A stretch of 63,922 bases of DNA, counting the filler, from Bigelowiella natans CCMP2755 (taxonomy: Eukaryota; Protista; Cercozoa): the NCBI GenBank assembly GCA_000320545.1. It is 5 parts of 5 records of this genome, joined end to end, with 100 filler letters (N's around TTAATTAATTAA, not from the genome) between each part and the next. Parts side by side here need not be neighbours in the genome. Positions count along the whole stretch, not along the records: positions 1 to 15,631 come from ADNK01000756.1; 4 more parts are not named here. The stretch is one strand, 5' to 3'. The position numbers and the translations under genes were made by a program. Under the pieces are notes generated by a model. It was not told the origin of the DNA, searched no databases, and saw only the letters and a program-made list of their open reading frames with translations. Numbering within the stretch: position 1 is the stretch's first letter; every line of letters starts with the position of its first letter. Positions 1-13,215 of the stretch are shown here, piece after piece.

Positions 1-89
1 GGACGCACTCGATGAATCAGATATGCATGCAATAAGAATCCAAGCATTGTTCCCAGAACTAATCGTTACGTTGATCTAAAGGCCGAGGC

Positions 90-3000
90 TCGTCTTGTCG
101 GTCCCTCTTCCGTGGTGGGCGGCAGCAGCAATACAGCAGCTGCTCTCTCATCGTCATGTGGTAACAAGGCCTTCAGCCTAGACGCTGGGGAGTCATTTGG
201 GAACGCTGGACGGCCATTCATCTTCCACTGGAGCCTCGTTTCTATCTCCCCCCCACCGAGCGCCGCTGTCAACGTCCAGTCGCTGCTTGCGGGGGCATGC
301 GAATCCGCCAACGCCAGGCGCACTGCCTCGGTGCTGATGCTCCGAGCAGGCAATCTCAGCATCGACGCAACGCACACCTTCAGAGTGACCGTCACGAATT
401 GGCTAAACTCCTCGTCGTGGGCAGATCTAAATGTGACGCGGCGGGAGGGAGGGTACGAGGCCGCCGTTCTTCGGCCGGTATTCCGCATACCTGGCTCCGC
501 TTTCATTCAGCTGCAGCCGAACGCGCCCCTCCACATCCGTGTGCAAGTGGATCTCCCGACTTCGAGGTGCGCTGCCGCCATCGGCGTCAGCCAGCTGTTG
601 GGCTCTAGCGTGGAATGGAGTCAGATCACAAACCCGGCCCTTCTCTCCCCAAACACCCGCTCGCTCGTTCTTGGACCTGCGAGCAGCAGCGGCAGCAGCA
701 ACCTCACCACCCACCACGTAGCCCTAACTGCTGAGATCCGTTGGCGCGTCTATCTCTTTCTACCGCCGGGCGCGCTCCGGCCGGGGAGGCTGTACGGCTT
801 CAAGCTCCGGGCGGCAACCACCGACCGCAGCAGGAACAACGTGGAAGTTGCCGACGCGAGTGTGTCCTTTCTGGTGCAGGTCCTGAGGCTCGGGCCTGTC
901 GTGAGGATACTCGGAGGCGATGTCCGAACGGTGTCCACCGCCGTGGCGTCGTCGTCGTCGTCGTCGGCTGGCAATGCAGCTGGATCAAGTCAGCAGCAGG
1001 ATTTCGTTGAGGTTGACGCGAGTCAATCCTATGACCCGGAGAGTTACAGCAGCGGCGGCGCCAGTCAAGAGGCGATTAGGTCGGATTAGTCTATTCCTAC
1101 ACCCAGTTTTTATCGAAACCTCCAACGTCGCGAGAAAAAGCTGTTGACATGAGGAGTCGCACGCAATCTTCTCTACCCCCCCTCACCTCGCATGCGCTTC
1201 CCCCCTGTTTTCTTTTTCCTCATGCTCTGCCATCCTTTTTTCCAGGTATGAATGGAGGTTCTACCAGCTTCGAGGCGGGGCATCTTCGTCATCATCGCTA
1301 GGAGATGACTTCCTCCGCTTGCCTTCGCCATCGTCACTAACAAGCTCGAGACTCAAAGTACCTCTTCATCTTCTCGAGCCAGGAAAGGCATACAAAGCTG
1401 TGGTCAACGTAACCACATACGATGGGCGCCAGGGGTGCACATTTACATTAAAACTGATACGTTCTCTCTCCCCCTCCCTTCCCTCTCTCGTGTGCACTTT
1501 TGTACTGATGCCCATGTATGTAGATGTATGCTGGACGTATGGTTTCTCATTATCATGTCATCAGCGAAAATTATATATATATTGGTAAAGAATGGTAGAT
1601 CAGCAACAAAGTTAAAATTGAATGCATTTTACGTAATCACTCCTTGCAGGATTGCAGGTCAAGTACTGCAGGTTGTGCAAGCGGCCGTCCCGCTAGTATC
1701 TGTCAATCTCGGTGGAGCAGCGAGCAGCAGCTCTGGCACCGGCGTCCGCATAGATCCCAGCACTAAGTTGACATTTGAGGGGAGCATTGAGTATACAGGG
1801 GAAGGGGCGCTTTCATACCGATGGATTTGCACCACGAAGAATTTCGAAATGGCGACAAACAATCTCCTCACACCGCTAAACTCGAGAAACATGGTTATAA
1901 AACCGAATACGCTGGCGGGGGGCACTACGTAAGCAGCTAAGTGCTAGTTGCCGCCATGTTTTATGCATCTGAAGATATCCTGCAATTTGTCGGAGTGCTG
2001 CTGCCCCTTTCCCTCTTTCTACTGCATTTTGCCCAGACACTCCATGCTTGAATTTGTATGGTGATGTTGATCATTAATCCCACCCACCTTTCTCTCTGTT
2101 GTCCTCCTTCTATCTTGCGCCCCGAAAGGTACACATTTGAGCTCACAGCTGCGACGAGGCTCGGAGCGGCAGGTTCGGCAACGCTCAGCCTGGCGACCAA
2201 TTCCGCGCCAGCCTTGGGCAGATGCGAAGCAACGCCGAAAACCGGAGTTGCCCTCGAAACCGTGTTCACGCTAAGATGCATCGATTGGAGTGATGAGGAC
2301 CTGCCACTTCAGTACCGCTATGAGAGGGTAGGGGAAGGCGCCACGGGCGCAGTTCGCAGCGGCAGTGACACATCCCTAAACCGGCTTGAAATATGCGCGC
2401 TTCGCTTTTCTGATAGCTACGATACCATTCTTCCCCTTGCGTTTCCCTCCGCCTCGTCCACCTCCTCGTCGGATGAAGGGGGCGATGCTGTTTTGGTTAT
2501 CGCCGGGATAGTAATAGATGCGTTGGGAGCACGTTCCGAGTCATGGTTCAACGTCACGACGCGCCCGCCTGCAGGGACGGCAGTGGAGGCCCTTAATGCA
2601 ACCCAGCAAGCAATTACGGAGCTGCTAGGGATAGGTGACGTACAAAGCGCCACAATGCTCATTGCGGGGGCATCTGCCACGTTGGAGAGGGGACAACGCC
2701 GTTCCTTTGGCAACGACACGGTCGGTACCTCTGTCGCGGTCGCGGCACGGGAGCGGGCGAAGTTGGTCTCGTCGGTGAATGAGATTGTTTCGCTTTCTAT
2801 TTCTTCTGCCACGAGCAACGCTGGTGCCGAGGCGGAGGCAGACGCGCAAGCGAGGCTGACAATACCGTTGGTGCTCCTTCAAGATGTGACTGATTTCTCA
2901 GACCCGCGGGAGATCACCTCTGAAACTAGAAGCCTCGCATTAGATATTGTGACAAGACTAATGAACGTGTCCTCGGCTAGGCCTGCGTGCTCTCCTTCCT

Positions 3001-6000
3001 CTTCCTCCTCCTCATCGTGCGTTGTAGCAAACGACATGGCTCCTTCGTTGCCTCTGGCCGCCGCTGCGGGTGCGGTTGCAACGTTGGGGAATTTGGTCGT
3101 GTCTACGTCATCGTCGTCATCCGCGTCCCTATCTTCCCCCAGTCTAAACACCTCCACCGCTGCGGCGGAGGAGCGCCGCATTGCAACATCGATGCGAGCC
3201 ACTGCGCTACTGAACCGCATTGCCGACTCGCAGCTGACCAGCTCAGTGCCAGGTGAGGCCGGCATCGAGGTCCGAACGCCGCGAGCGAATCTGTACGCGA
3301 AGTTGGACCTAGCGAATAAGCTGAACGGGAGTGTCGTTGCCACTTCCTTTCGGACAACAGTGAACGTTCCGCCCGATTGCCACCCATGCCGGACCCTAAT
3401 CTTCTGCGTCGTTAGTAATCACCACGGTACAGTAGCGCTTTTTCTTCTGTGTGCGTTTTTCGGGAATGGGGGTCGCTGCGGATACCAAATGTCCACTGAT
3501 TTTCACTATGAATATGGATGGTGTGGCCCCTCGGGGAAAGCCCGTCCTCGCGATTGGCAGCGTGCTCCGTAGTTATGCGTGATGTCTCCGCACACATGCG
3601 TTTCTAGTTCTTATAATGCAATAAAATATCAGGTTAATGATCGTATGTTTCCTACTAACGGCGACGGCACTGATGGTAGTGGTAATGGTAACGACGTGAA
3701 TGGCTCTCTTGCGAACGACGTGGCTGCAAGCGTCCAAATCCGTCAAAATGGCCTTCAAGTGCCGATTAACAATTTGAGTTCACCGTTTTACATCACGCTT
3801 CCTGTTGCATCCCCGTCCTTGACTTCTTTCTCCACGGATGGACAACAGCAGCAGCTCGTGTGCCAATTTTGGGACGGAGCTTTGTCCAGATGGTCGAGGG
3901 CGGGGGTAAGAACAAAGGCAACAACCAACGAACAAGACGATGATGGCGGTGTTGGGATTGTCTGCGAGACGGACCACCTCACAGTATTTAGTACGCAGCA
4001 CATCCAAATCGAGGTCAGTAGATTTTGAGGATTTTTATTAACGTCTATTGGCTATTTACGAAGTGCAGTGATCTCATTCCCCCCCCCGCTCATTGCCCTT
4101 TGATCGTGAGTTTTCCTTGCAAATCCAATAGAAGTCCATACTATCTCATCGTCACCTTCCCTGACGCTCCAACTATATCGCCTAGATTCAACATGTGAGC
4201 GCAGAAGACTTGACCTGGGATGCTTTCTCTTGGAACAATTTAGTTATGGTGCGTGGTGAATATCATATCATGCACGGCACGTTGGCATGCACACTACACA
4301 ACCAATGGGTTTCTAAGATCGCCGTCACCATCCGCAGGTATTCTCCACGCTCACCTTGTGCGTCATGGCTGCAGTAGTCGTATGGGCGGCCCGGAACGAT
4401 CATAAAATCGCCACCACCAAGGGGGAGCAGAGCTCGAGACAGTTCTGGCGCAAGTTCAACCGCATGCGACGCTTGCGGGTGAGCGAGCGCTCCTTCTCAA
4501 GTCTCTACCGCATATCCGTTTGGAACATGAGGAGGCGGCACCCCTGGTCCGGCATCTACATGCGGCATCCGGGAGACTTCATGTCCTCTACAAAACGGGC
4601 CATCGTGCTCACCGCGCTGCTCTTCAACATGATGGCCTGCTGTGCATTGCTACTGGATACGCAGCAGCGGATGGGACCTCTCCCGCGACGTGCAGCAGCC
4701 GGCATGATCTCCGTTTTGATTTCCTTCCCGGTTCCATTCTTACTACACAGCGTATTCAGGCGCAGGGTCCCTGAGATGTTCGTCGTCCCGCTGCTAGATG
4801 CCGGCATGGCAGCCACGTTTTTCTCAAAACTGCTCGTTTTGCTGGCCTTTTTATCTGGGGAAACTGGTGGCGGGGGGGAGGAGGAGGTTGCGGATGTGGA
4901 TGGAGAAGAAAGTGGAGAAAATGGCAATGTTGATTTCGATGAAATAGAGATAGAAGAGGCTGAGGATGATGGTGGCGATAGAAAGAATAATATCGACGAG
5001 GACGGGAATGACGGCAACGCAGTCGAGCCTGATTCGAAAGTTCGGGATACCGATCAAGAAAACGTGCGCGTGCGGGACACCGATCAAGAGAACGTGCGGG
5101 TCCGCGACACCGACCAAGAAAACGTAAAGACAGCCACCTCGTCCGGAGTAGGGATCGGAAGTGCCCTCAGTGGGTGGGGTCGGGAGAAAGGGTTTTTCTC
5201 GAGGAAAAAATGGAGAAGGAAAAATAAGCAAGGACCGTCATCGCATAGGGGGGGGGGGGTTCAAACCAGCTCAGAGACGCTCGAGAGCAGCGCGTGTATG
5301 GTCTCTGCCTCCAAGACAAGTAAGAGGAGGAAGCTATGCTGCAGCTCGGAATTCATTGGTTGCAGTGGATGGGTCAAAATCTACCCTTCAGACCCTTATC
5401 GAACAGATACGCACGTATGGACTTATCGTGATGTGTTTGCGACAGCTATATCAACTCTGGTCATATCTGGCTGCTGGTTCTTGCTTGTCGTCATTTCCTG
5501 GCGCCTTCGCAGCTCAGGCATAGAGTGGGTTCTTAGTAACCTCCTCGCTTTTGGACAGGATTTCTTCCTGAGGGCTGTGCAGATGTTCATAGTGGAAGTT
5601 ATACTCTTCGTGCCGTGTTGCTGCCTTTGCTGTTGTCGCGGCGATGGAGACAGCGGGAAATCTAGGGGGGCGGCATCCTTAGCGAATAGGGAACATTCCG
5701 TGAGTGGCGTGGAAATGGCAAACAGAGGCCCGGAAAGGGGAAGGGTCTACACCGTCAATTTCGACCCGGGGATGATCGGCTTCAAGTTTTGCAGACTGGC
5801 GGTCACTCACGTGAATCCGTGGGGACAAGCCGCCAACTTCGGAGTGAGACTTGGCTGGAAGGTTGTGTCTGTTAACAACCAGCACGTGCGAGACGATAAG
5901 GAGGCCACGTGCCTCTTGCAGGATGCGCACAGGGTTTCTGACGAGATTCCCATCTCGTTCCTCGCACAAGAAGAACTACTTGTTGGAACTGTAGTGACCA

Positions 6001-6203
6001 ATCGGGGCACACTGCTTGCCCGCTCAGTGAAGGCCAATGGAAAAGTATGCGCTTCACGCAAGCCAAGCGGGACGGACATTTACCCAACGAATTCCGAACT
6101 CCAAGTCATCGGAGATTCCTTCCAAACAGAGGCCTTGACAGCTGGTTATGATGCGGAACTAAAGATGTCATTTGCAAACGGTGAAGATAGAATCTTTATC
6201 TAA
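90..6203 (+). CDS. Polycystin-1/REJ-like membrane protein (REJ, GAIN/GPS, several TM helices, C-terminal PDZ-like domain); multi-exon, 5' end lies upstream of window
   Basis: REJ-type segments (VDASQSYDPE; LSYRWIC; NSAPALGRCEATPKTGVALETVFTLRCIDWSDEDLPLQYRY). GPS motif CQFWDGALSRWSRAGV...CETDHLTVFS at ~3860-3992. PKD1-like RRHPWSGIYMRHPGDFMSSTKR followed by TM helices. PDZ-like VYTVNFDPGMIGFKF...AANFGVRLGWKVVSVN. GT-AG introns, e.g. ~1080-1245 and ~1929-2128. Confidence 0.8.
5043..5126 (+). repeat. Coding 30-bp tandem repeat x2.8 (RDTDQENVRV)
   Basis: cgggataccgatcaagaaaacgtgcgcgtg / cgggacaccgatcaagagaacgtgcgggtc / cgcgacaccgaccaagaaaacgta. Confidence 0.9.
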
Positions 6204-7040
6204 AGGAGTAGCATAGATCGTATGCTATGGAGTATACTTTCATAGGATTCTTTCGTAAGTGAATTCCTGTTGCAACAATCATTATCGTAGCATTGAAAAA
6301 ACCAAGCGCGTGGCATGTGCATGCTTTATGTGATATGAGCTTTGTTGCGGTGTTTTGTGATGCACGCGTTGTAACAGTGTGCACAGCCATGTATGCAGCT
6401 GGGCATATCGTGATGAGCTAGCATGTCACTACGTCACTACGCGCGCATTTGTAAGGCTTACTAGCTTATGTAACCAATCAAATTAAATTTGCTCTATGGT
6501 CATCCTCATGTGGCTGTACGTGCAATGCAGCGACCGCAGCGCTAATGTTTTATGATGTTGGTCTCCGCTACGCTATGATTCGTTTCATGCAATCAAATGC
6601 ATGCTGTTTCGGTCTTGAATGTCGTGTGTTTCGCGCGCAGCAGTGCGTGTTTCCTTCACATCGTAAGTCAGTCTTGTCGTTTCGTCGTCGCGCATCACCA
6701 TGGCAGTTAGCTGATTCCTCAAGCGGCGTTGATGTGAGACGGATCGGATGTAATGAAATGTTTAAATTTTTTCAATGGTCATCCTAATGGCGTTGATGTG
6801 CTTGCCAATTAATGTTCGATCATTCTACGCATACAGGACACGACACCATTGAAAAATGCACCCTACGCGACATATCGATCGATGGACGTATATCTAGATG
6901 CGACACTGCAGGCACCTTGCAATAATAACATGCGTCGGTCATTTTTATTATACAGATAATGAGTAATAATTTTAACTCGCACAGCATATGTAGTAAAAAT
7001 AATATCCACGCGTAATTCTCATGCCTAGTCGCCGTTTCGT

Positions 7041-7383
7041 CTAAACTTTGAGCTGCACATCTCCCTTGTCCTTAAGATGCCCCGCGTGCTTCTTCAGGAC
7101 TGGAGAGACCTCGGCCTCGACGAATTCCGCTGCTTGCTCCGGCGAGCGTCCGACGTAGAGCTTAGGGTTGACAATGTCCTTCAGTGTGGAGTGAACAGCT
7201 TTGAAGCTCGCATCCTTAGCGATCCTGTCGAGGAGGTCGCACTCACCGCCCTGCTCTTTCATCACCTAGTCACACCGACACAAAGAAGTGCTGAATTCGG
7301 TAAAGTGCACTCGCACAAACCGCACCGGGGGGAAACGTAGCATCAGAGAAAAAGGGCAGGAAATGGAAGGAGAGGGTGCTAAT

Positions 7384-7446
<63 letters not shown>

Positions 7447-8266
7447 GGATGTTCGTTAGGATGGCCGTATTGCTGTGTGGTACTCCTACTACTACTACTA
7501 CTATTACTAGTACTACTACCTTTGCAGCCTCCATTGAATGCTCTCGGATCGCCTCGTGGAGGTCCTGGCGATTGCCCCCAGCCTTTACACACGCCATAAG
7601 GATATTCTCCGTCGCCATGAACGGCAGAGCTTCCATCACGCGCTTGTTGATGACGTGTGGCCAGACCTGTGCACGTAATTTCGTGAGGGCAAGGAGCAGG
7701 GGTTGTTCGTGTGATCACTAGCGTCATGCAGAGCGATACAGCGTAATGAAGTCGGCAGTGCTCGCGCCACGAACGAGGTGTGTCTAGATGAATGCCGCAT
7801 TTCATATTGTCGCGGCACGTGGGGGGAAACTGTAGGATTTTGCTTTTCCAGATCAGAGCAAAAGCGGTGGCCGCCCTACTACTCTTCCCCCCCTCCTCTC
7901 TTCCTCCCACCCCCACCACTTCTACACAGTATCATCGGCCGTTGTTGTCGAGGTCGTCTCTCTCTCGCGACAGTGTACGCACCACGATGCCGGAGATGAC
8001 GTTGGTGACGATGAGGAGAATAGCATCGACGCCGAGAAACGACTCAGGAAGCGTCATGCGGCGATTTGCAGAATCGTCAAGGGTGCGCTCAAACCATTGT
8101 GTTGCGTGCGTGTGGGCGGCGTTGGCGGTGAGGGAGATCACGTAGCGTGCGAGCGAGCACACACGTTCGCTGTTTGGAAAAAGGGCGGGGGGTGGGGGGG
8201 GAGAATGCCATCATACAACTATAATTCCAGACGCTACTACTGCTGGTGCTGCTTCTTTCTCTCTTT

Positions 8267-8341
<75 letters not shown>

Positions 8342-10474
8342 CACGATTACTCACACACCATCACACGAACACTATATTGAGAGAGAATGAAGTAACAGCA
8401 CGGAGAGTGTTTGACGGTATCAGCCACCGACGAATATGTTTTTTGTTTTGCTAGCATGTTCCGCGTGTTGAAGTTGGTCCTGCCTCGCTACCACTACTGC
8501 TACTACTGCTACTACTACTACTACCCAATAGCTAGCTACTGCTACTTCCTACTACCTCCGCATTGGGTTGCGCTTGTAGGCCATGGCGGATGATCCTACT
8601 TGGTTCTTACCGAAGGGTTCCTCCACCTCTCGGAGATTCATAAGGAGACGGATGTCGTTCGCCATCTTGTTCGCGCTCTACCCAAAAATCCACGGCAAAA
8701 TAATAAGGACGGAAGAGCGGGTTGGAAAGGGGGGGGGGCGGGGGGGGCGGGTCATCTTGATTCGTCGTAGGATGGTAGGTGACAGCACTCCTATTGATGG
8801 TGAATCGCCCATCTTCGTGTGGTCATCGAGGTGTGTTTCTAAGTGTAGTTTTCTCCCTACCCCTCCCCCCCCCCTCCCTCCCTCCGTTCCTCTTGCCTTC
8901 TGCTGCCTACTACCTGCGCGATGCCGGAGAGGACACTGCACACCATAAAATCAATCTTCCTGGTGTACGTTTGGCCGCTGACACCGATCGTCTTGGAGAA
9001 CCCCATGAGGGCTGCGACCTTCGCATCGAGCTCCTTCACCTTCTTGCTGTCGTTGTTAAAGAGCGCCAAGTAGCTCGCCTGAGTGCCGGTGGTCCCCTTG
9101 ACGCCCCGGAAGGGCAATTCCTCAATCAGCTTGTCCACCTGGGTTGGACGGCACACACGCATTATTTCCGATGTACATTATGAGCATAAGGTGAATACGT
9201 AACGCGTAGACGGGAACGACGCCCCCCCCCCCCCTCCAAAACACACATATGCGCACGTAATCACCTGGTGAAGGTCAAATACGAAATCCTGCAACCACAA
9301 ACTGGCACGCTGCGGGGTGGGGAGAGGGAGGGGCAGGAGGAGGAGAGCAAAAGGGTTCCGTTACTTGAAAAGAGGTAAAGGAAAAATGGCTCTCCCAGAT
9401 CATTGAGAATACACACTCGGGAAACACCGCGAGGGCACAGAGCCAACGGCACGACTATTTCCTGGCGAGAATCTAATACCCACACCAACAAAATAAGGCA
9501 GCTCACACCTTGCCGACGGTAGTCAGCTGCGCTGGCTGGTAATGAGTGAACCCTAGGGTGGGCATGTCTTTGTACTTAAGCACCATGTTCTTCAGCACGT
9601 CGATCACACGGACCAGCTGTGGAAGATATGTGTCGCTGCAGTTAGTTGGGTGCTGCTGCTGCTGCTGCATCAACATCGTCGTGACGGCTGGTGTTGAAAA
9701 TGGCACCCGAAAATCTCTGTACCACGATGGAAGGGTACGCTACCATACAGATCTTGAAAGGTGGAAAACACTGACCACTTAACTTATACTAACACGTATC
9801 GGTGCTTTTAATATATACACCTATCTCCCTTTTTTTGAAAATACAAAAATATACATATATTTCATTTACACACATCGATGCAATGCATCTGCACCTTTTT
9901 TTGAACTTCAAGCAGTGACTTCTTGATCTGCGTAAGTTCGGTATTATCTGTTATGAAGCAGGACGTGGCACCAAGGTGGATGATTGGGGCAGCATCTGGA
10001 CAAGCCTTCCCAAAGGTGTGAATGTGGCTCATCACATCATGGCGCAGCTTCTTCTCCTGCTCCTTCGCGTATTCGAAGTCGATGTCGAATTGCTTGGCCT
10101 TCATCTGGTCGATCTGCTTCTGCTCGATTGGGAGACCTAGCTCCTTCTCAGCAGTAGCCAACGCGATCCAGAGTGCTCTAGGAATAGCAAGGTGGGTGTC
10201 AAATATGTGTGTTTTGTGTGTTGACCATCACCTTGTACATGTACGCAGTGGCGGTGGCAACAATGAGAAAATGGGAATAGTACCTCCAGGTTGAGAACTT
10301 GGTTATATCGCTCCAGATCTTGGACATCTCATCGGAAGCTGCGGAAAGTATGCATGGAGGTAATTGAAACAGTCGCATACACGTGTTTAGGCACAGAGAC
10401 TCCTGTTTGTACAACGAAAAGAAACATCACTTACAGTATCTCGTGGTAAGCGGGTGGTTATATTTGTCGGACAT
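7041..10474 (-). CDS. ADSL: Adenylosuccinate lyase (multi-exon)
   Basis: Spliced reading [13 protein letters not shown]|[10 protein letters not shown]...[12 protein letters not shown]...[14 protein letters not shown]...[17 protein letters not shown]|RASLWLQD...[13 protein letters not shown]...[13 protein letters not shown]|ERVCSL...[14 protein letters not shown]; the junctions checked are GT-AG. Confidence 0.97.
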
Positions 10475-11160
10475 TTTCCTCGCGTTTGTCTACTTCAGTC
10501 AACGAAGGGTCTGTGCAAACCATTAAAAAGGGTTCGGATCTACATCGCATCTGTTCACATGGGACTGACTCTGGCGCATGCCATATTTAAAAAAGCGTGA
10601 GTGTGTGTCCGTGTGCCATGAGCATCGCATTTAGAAGCCACGATCGACGCGTTGAGTGTCGGAGCAGTTCAGTCTCAGCACCACCACCACCACCACCTTC
10701 TTGGGGGCTACTACTGTTTTGAAAGATAGTCAACCTCGACCGGTGAAGAAGATTGCTACCGGCGGGTGTGTGATAAGGCACAAAGGGGTACGACCGGGAG
10801 AATCACAGAGAAGAAATGCCTTTCAAACCAGAATAGCGACATCATACAAACCGCTTTGCCCTTTCTTTTTCAAAGCAGTCCCGGACTTCCGATCCGCTTC
10901 CGAAGGTCGCAGAGGAATCTTAGAGAAGCGCTTCTATGAATCGCCTTCGGAATTAAGGCTGCGACATCATGGGACCAGTGTCGCTGGGTTTCAGGAACAG
11001 CTGGAACATGAATATCGCCGATGCCCAAATCGGTGCTAAATGCCTCTTTTCGCCGAATCCCTGAAAGTTTGCCCTTGAGTACGGTCGAATGCCGGGCTTT
11101 TTCGGAGGGTCGGGGAATTTCTCCTAGAATTACAATCAAGACTGGATTCGCTGGTTCTCA

Positions 11161-11720
11161 AGAGCAGGAGAAGCAAAAAGAGCACACGTCGTGAAAAAGC
11201 CCAAGGTCATCACCTGTCCAAGTGCCGTGGTCTCTGACAAGGTGGACGCGCGTGACGGCTAGCTAGTTGGACGGCGCAGCACTGCCGCTGTTGTGTGTTG
11301 CGTGTGCCCATTCCAGCATTCCAGCATTGTTCATCGTGCATTCATTCTGGACTTGCAAGAATGGAACGTGGCGGGCTTGCAAGCTGGGATGAGGCACATG
11401 ACATTGTCATGTTGAGAGCACGTTGCGTGCACAACGTGACAGACATGTGATGTGTGGCACTTGTGAAACGTTCATCTGTGATTCATCCGTGAGCGCATCG
11501 CATGCAGTCGTCGTCGGCTGCAAGCAGGCGATGCATGCTAGCATGTGCCAGTCGCATTGCATCGCGCACGCACAAATCCACGCAAACAAGCCAGAAACAT
11601 GTGCGCATTGTTCTCAGTTGTGCACACGTTCTTCAATTTGTTGCTTGTCTAGATGTTTTCATTGTGCGTGAAGTTTCTGTCGCGCTCACCCTCGCACACT
11701 AGCACAACAAACCGAGCGCC
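11161..11720. other. TpA-depleted non-coding island
   Basis: Manual count: 5 TpA in 560 bp, all in CTAG; TG/CA rich; CpG retained. Confidence 0.85.
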
Positions 11721-11725
11721 ACATT

Positions 11726-12822
11726 TCACTTGAATGTGGAACTGAACATCAACTTAGCCCGGGAGATGTTCCAATCCTAGAGGGGGAGGGGGGGAGGAAG
11801 GGGATGATTAAACAAGTCACAAATCTGGACAAATTGTTTGTGTAGTGATCTCTTCAGACACACACCTCCATCTCGGGCTTAGAGAAATCAAATTTTGCCA
11901 TGAGGCAAGCGCCATTCCCTAGCTTCTTCTTCGGTGCCATGTCTTTCAATGCCTCCCACGTCGTTCTAGCGATGTAGTCACGATGACAATGATAATAGTG
12001 ATGATCATGATGATGGTGAAGTCAATAATCATCATATTGGCTAAGAATAACTTTCACTTCATCCAAAATACCCATGCGTTCGTTTGCAATTTGCTTTCTA
12101 CCTTTCCTCCTCGCTGACAACCTTTTCGGTCTTCTTACTCTTCGGCGAACCTTCTGGTTTTTGCTGCTCTTTTCCCTCAATTGGCTTTCTTGATGACAGG
12201 TTCCTGGTAAAGCGGTGACCTCCACCAATGAAGGCCCGGCACATCTGTGGATGGATTTGTGATAAATATGGTGAGAAAGAATTTACATTCCGTTTCGCTG
12301 TGCATCATCGGTGTGTTAAAATTGTATATCACTTCATTGTCTCGGCATATTCATCATCATCGTCATCATCATCAAACTACAAGAACAATATCAGCATAGT
12401 GAAATCGCCAATCAAGTACAGACAGCAACAGCAATAGCAGCAGCAGCAGCAGCAGCTCCATGTTTTAACCTCTCTGAAAAATAGCGAATGGCCAACACAA
12501 ATGATTGTTTTCTCCTGGGAAAACCGCAGGGTGTGTATAAGGTCGCTGAGGCGGTCTGATATCTCGGTCGAGGTGTCCCTGTCGGGGTCCCACCAATGCG
12601 TGAATGTGTCGTTCAGCTCGATCTAAAAACGGCCAGAAACGGAAGGGGGATGGAAAAAAATAAGAGCGTTACGAGCAGAAACGAGTGGCTTCTCATTTGC
12701 TATGGAGTGTTGTGCTGTTCCGGTCTTTCTCATCTAATATTGGCAATTTACCTTGACCCCTGTTACTTTGTTTACGTCATCCTCTGAGAGCTAAATACGG
12801 GAACATCGTCATCACCAACACG

Positions 12823-12891
<69 letters not shown>

Positions 12892-13159
12892 TGCACAAAA
12901 CTATATTCATTGGAGAAATTCTTTCGTCTTGAATGTCACTTTGAGCTACTGATTGCTGTCAGTTTCGCGTTCCTATCGCTACTTCCTATTGGTGATGCTA
13001 ATGCTGCAAACAACTGCCACAAGAAATGTTACTTCTAAATGCTACAACATACGTCTTTAAGTTGCTCCGCTTTTGCTTTCAATTCCAATAAAAGCTGCTC
13101 CTTGACCCGTTTCTGTTATAAATGGTAATTTAGTACAACACACTTATCTCTCTCTCCCC

Positions 13160-13215
<56 letters not shown>

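Noticed and set aside
6204-7040. A further TpA-depleted island between convergent genes
   Set aside because: Only a short central part is TpA-poor and many unprotected TpA remain; not convincing by eye.
10656-11039. 127-aa ORF upstream of ADSL
   Set aside because: GTG start, no motif, no supported splice structure.
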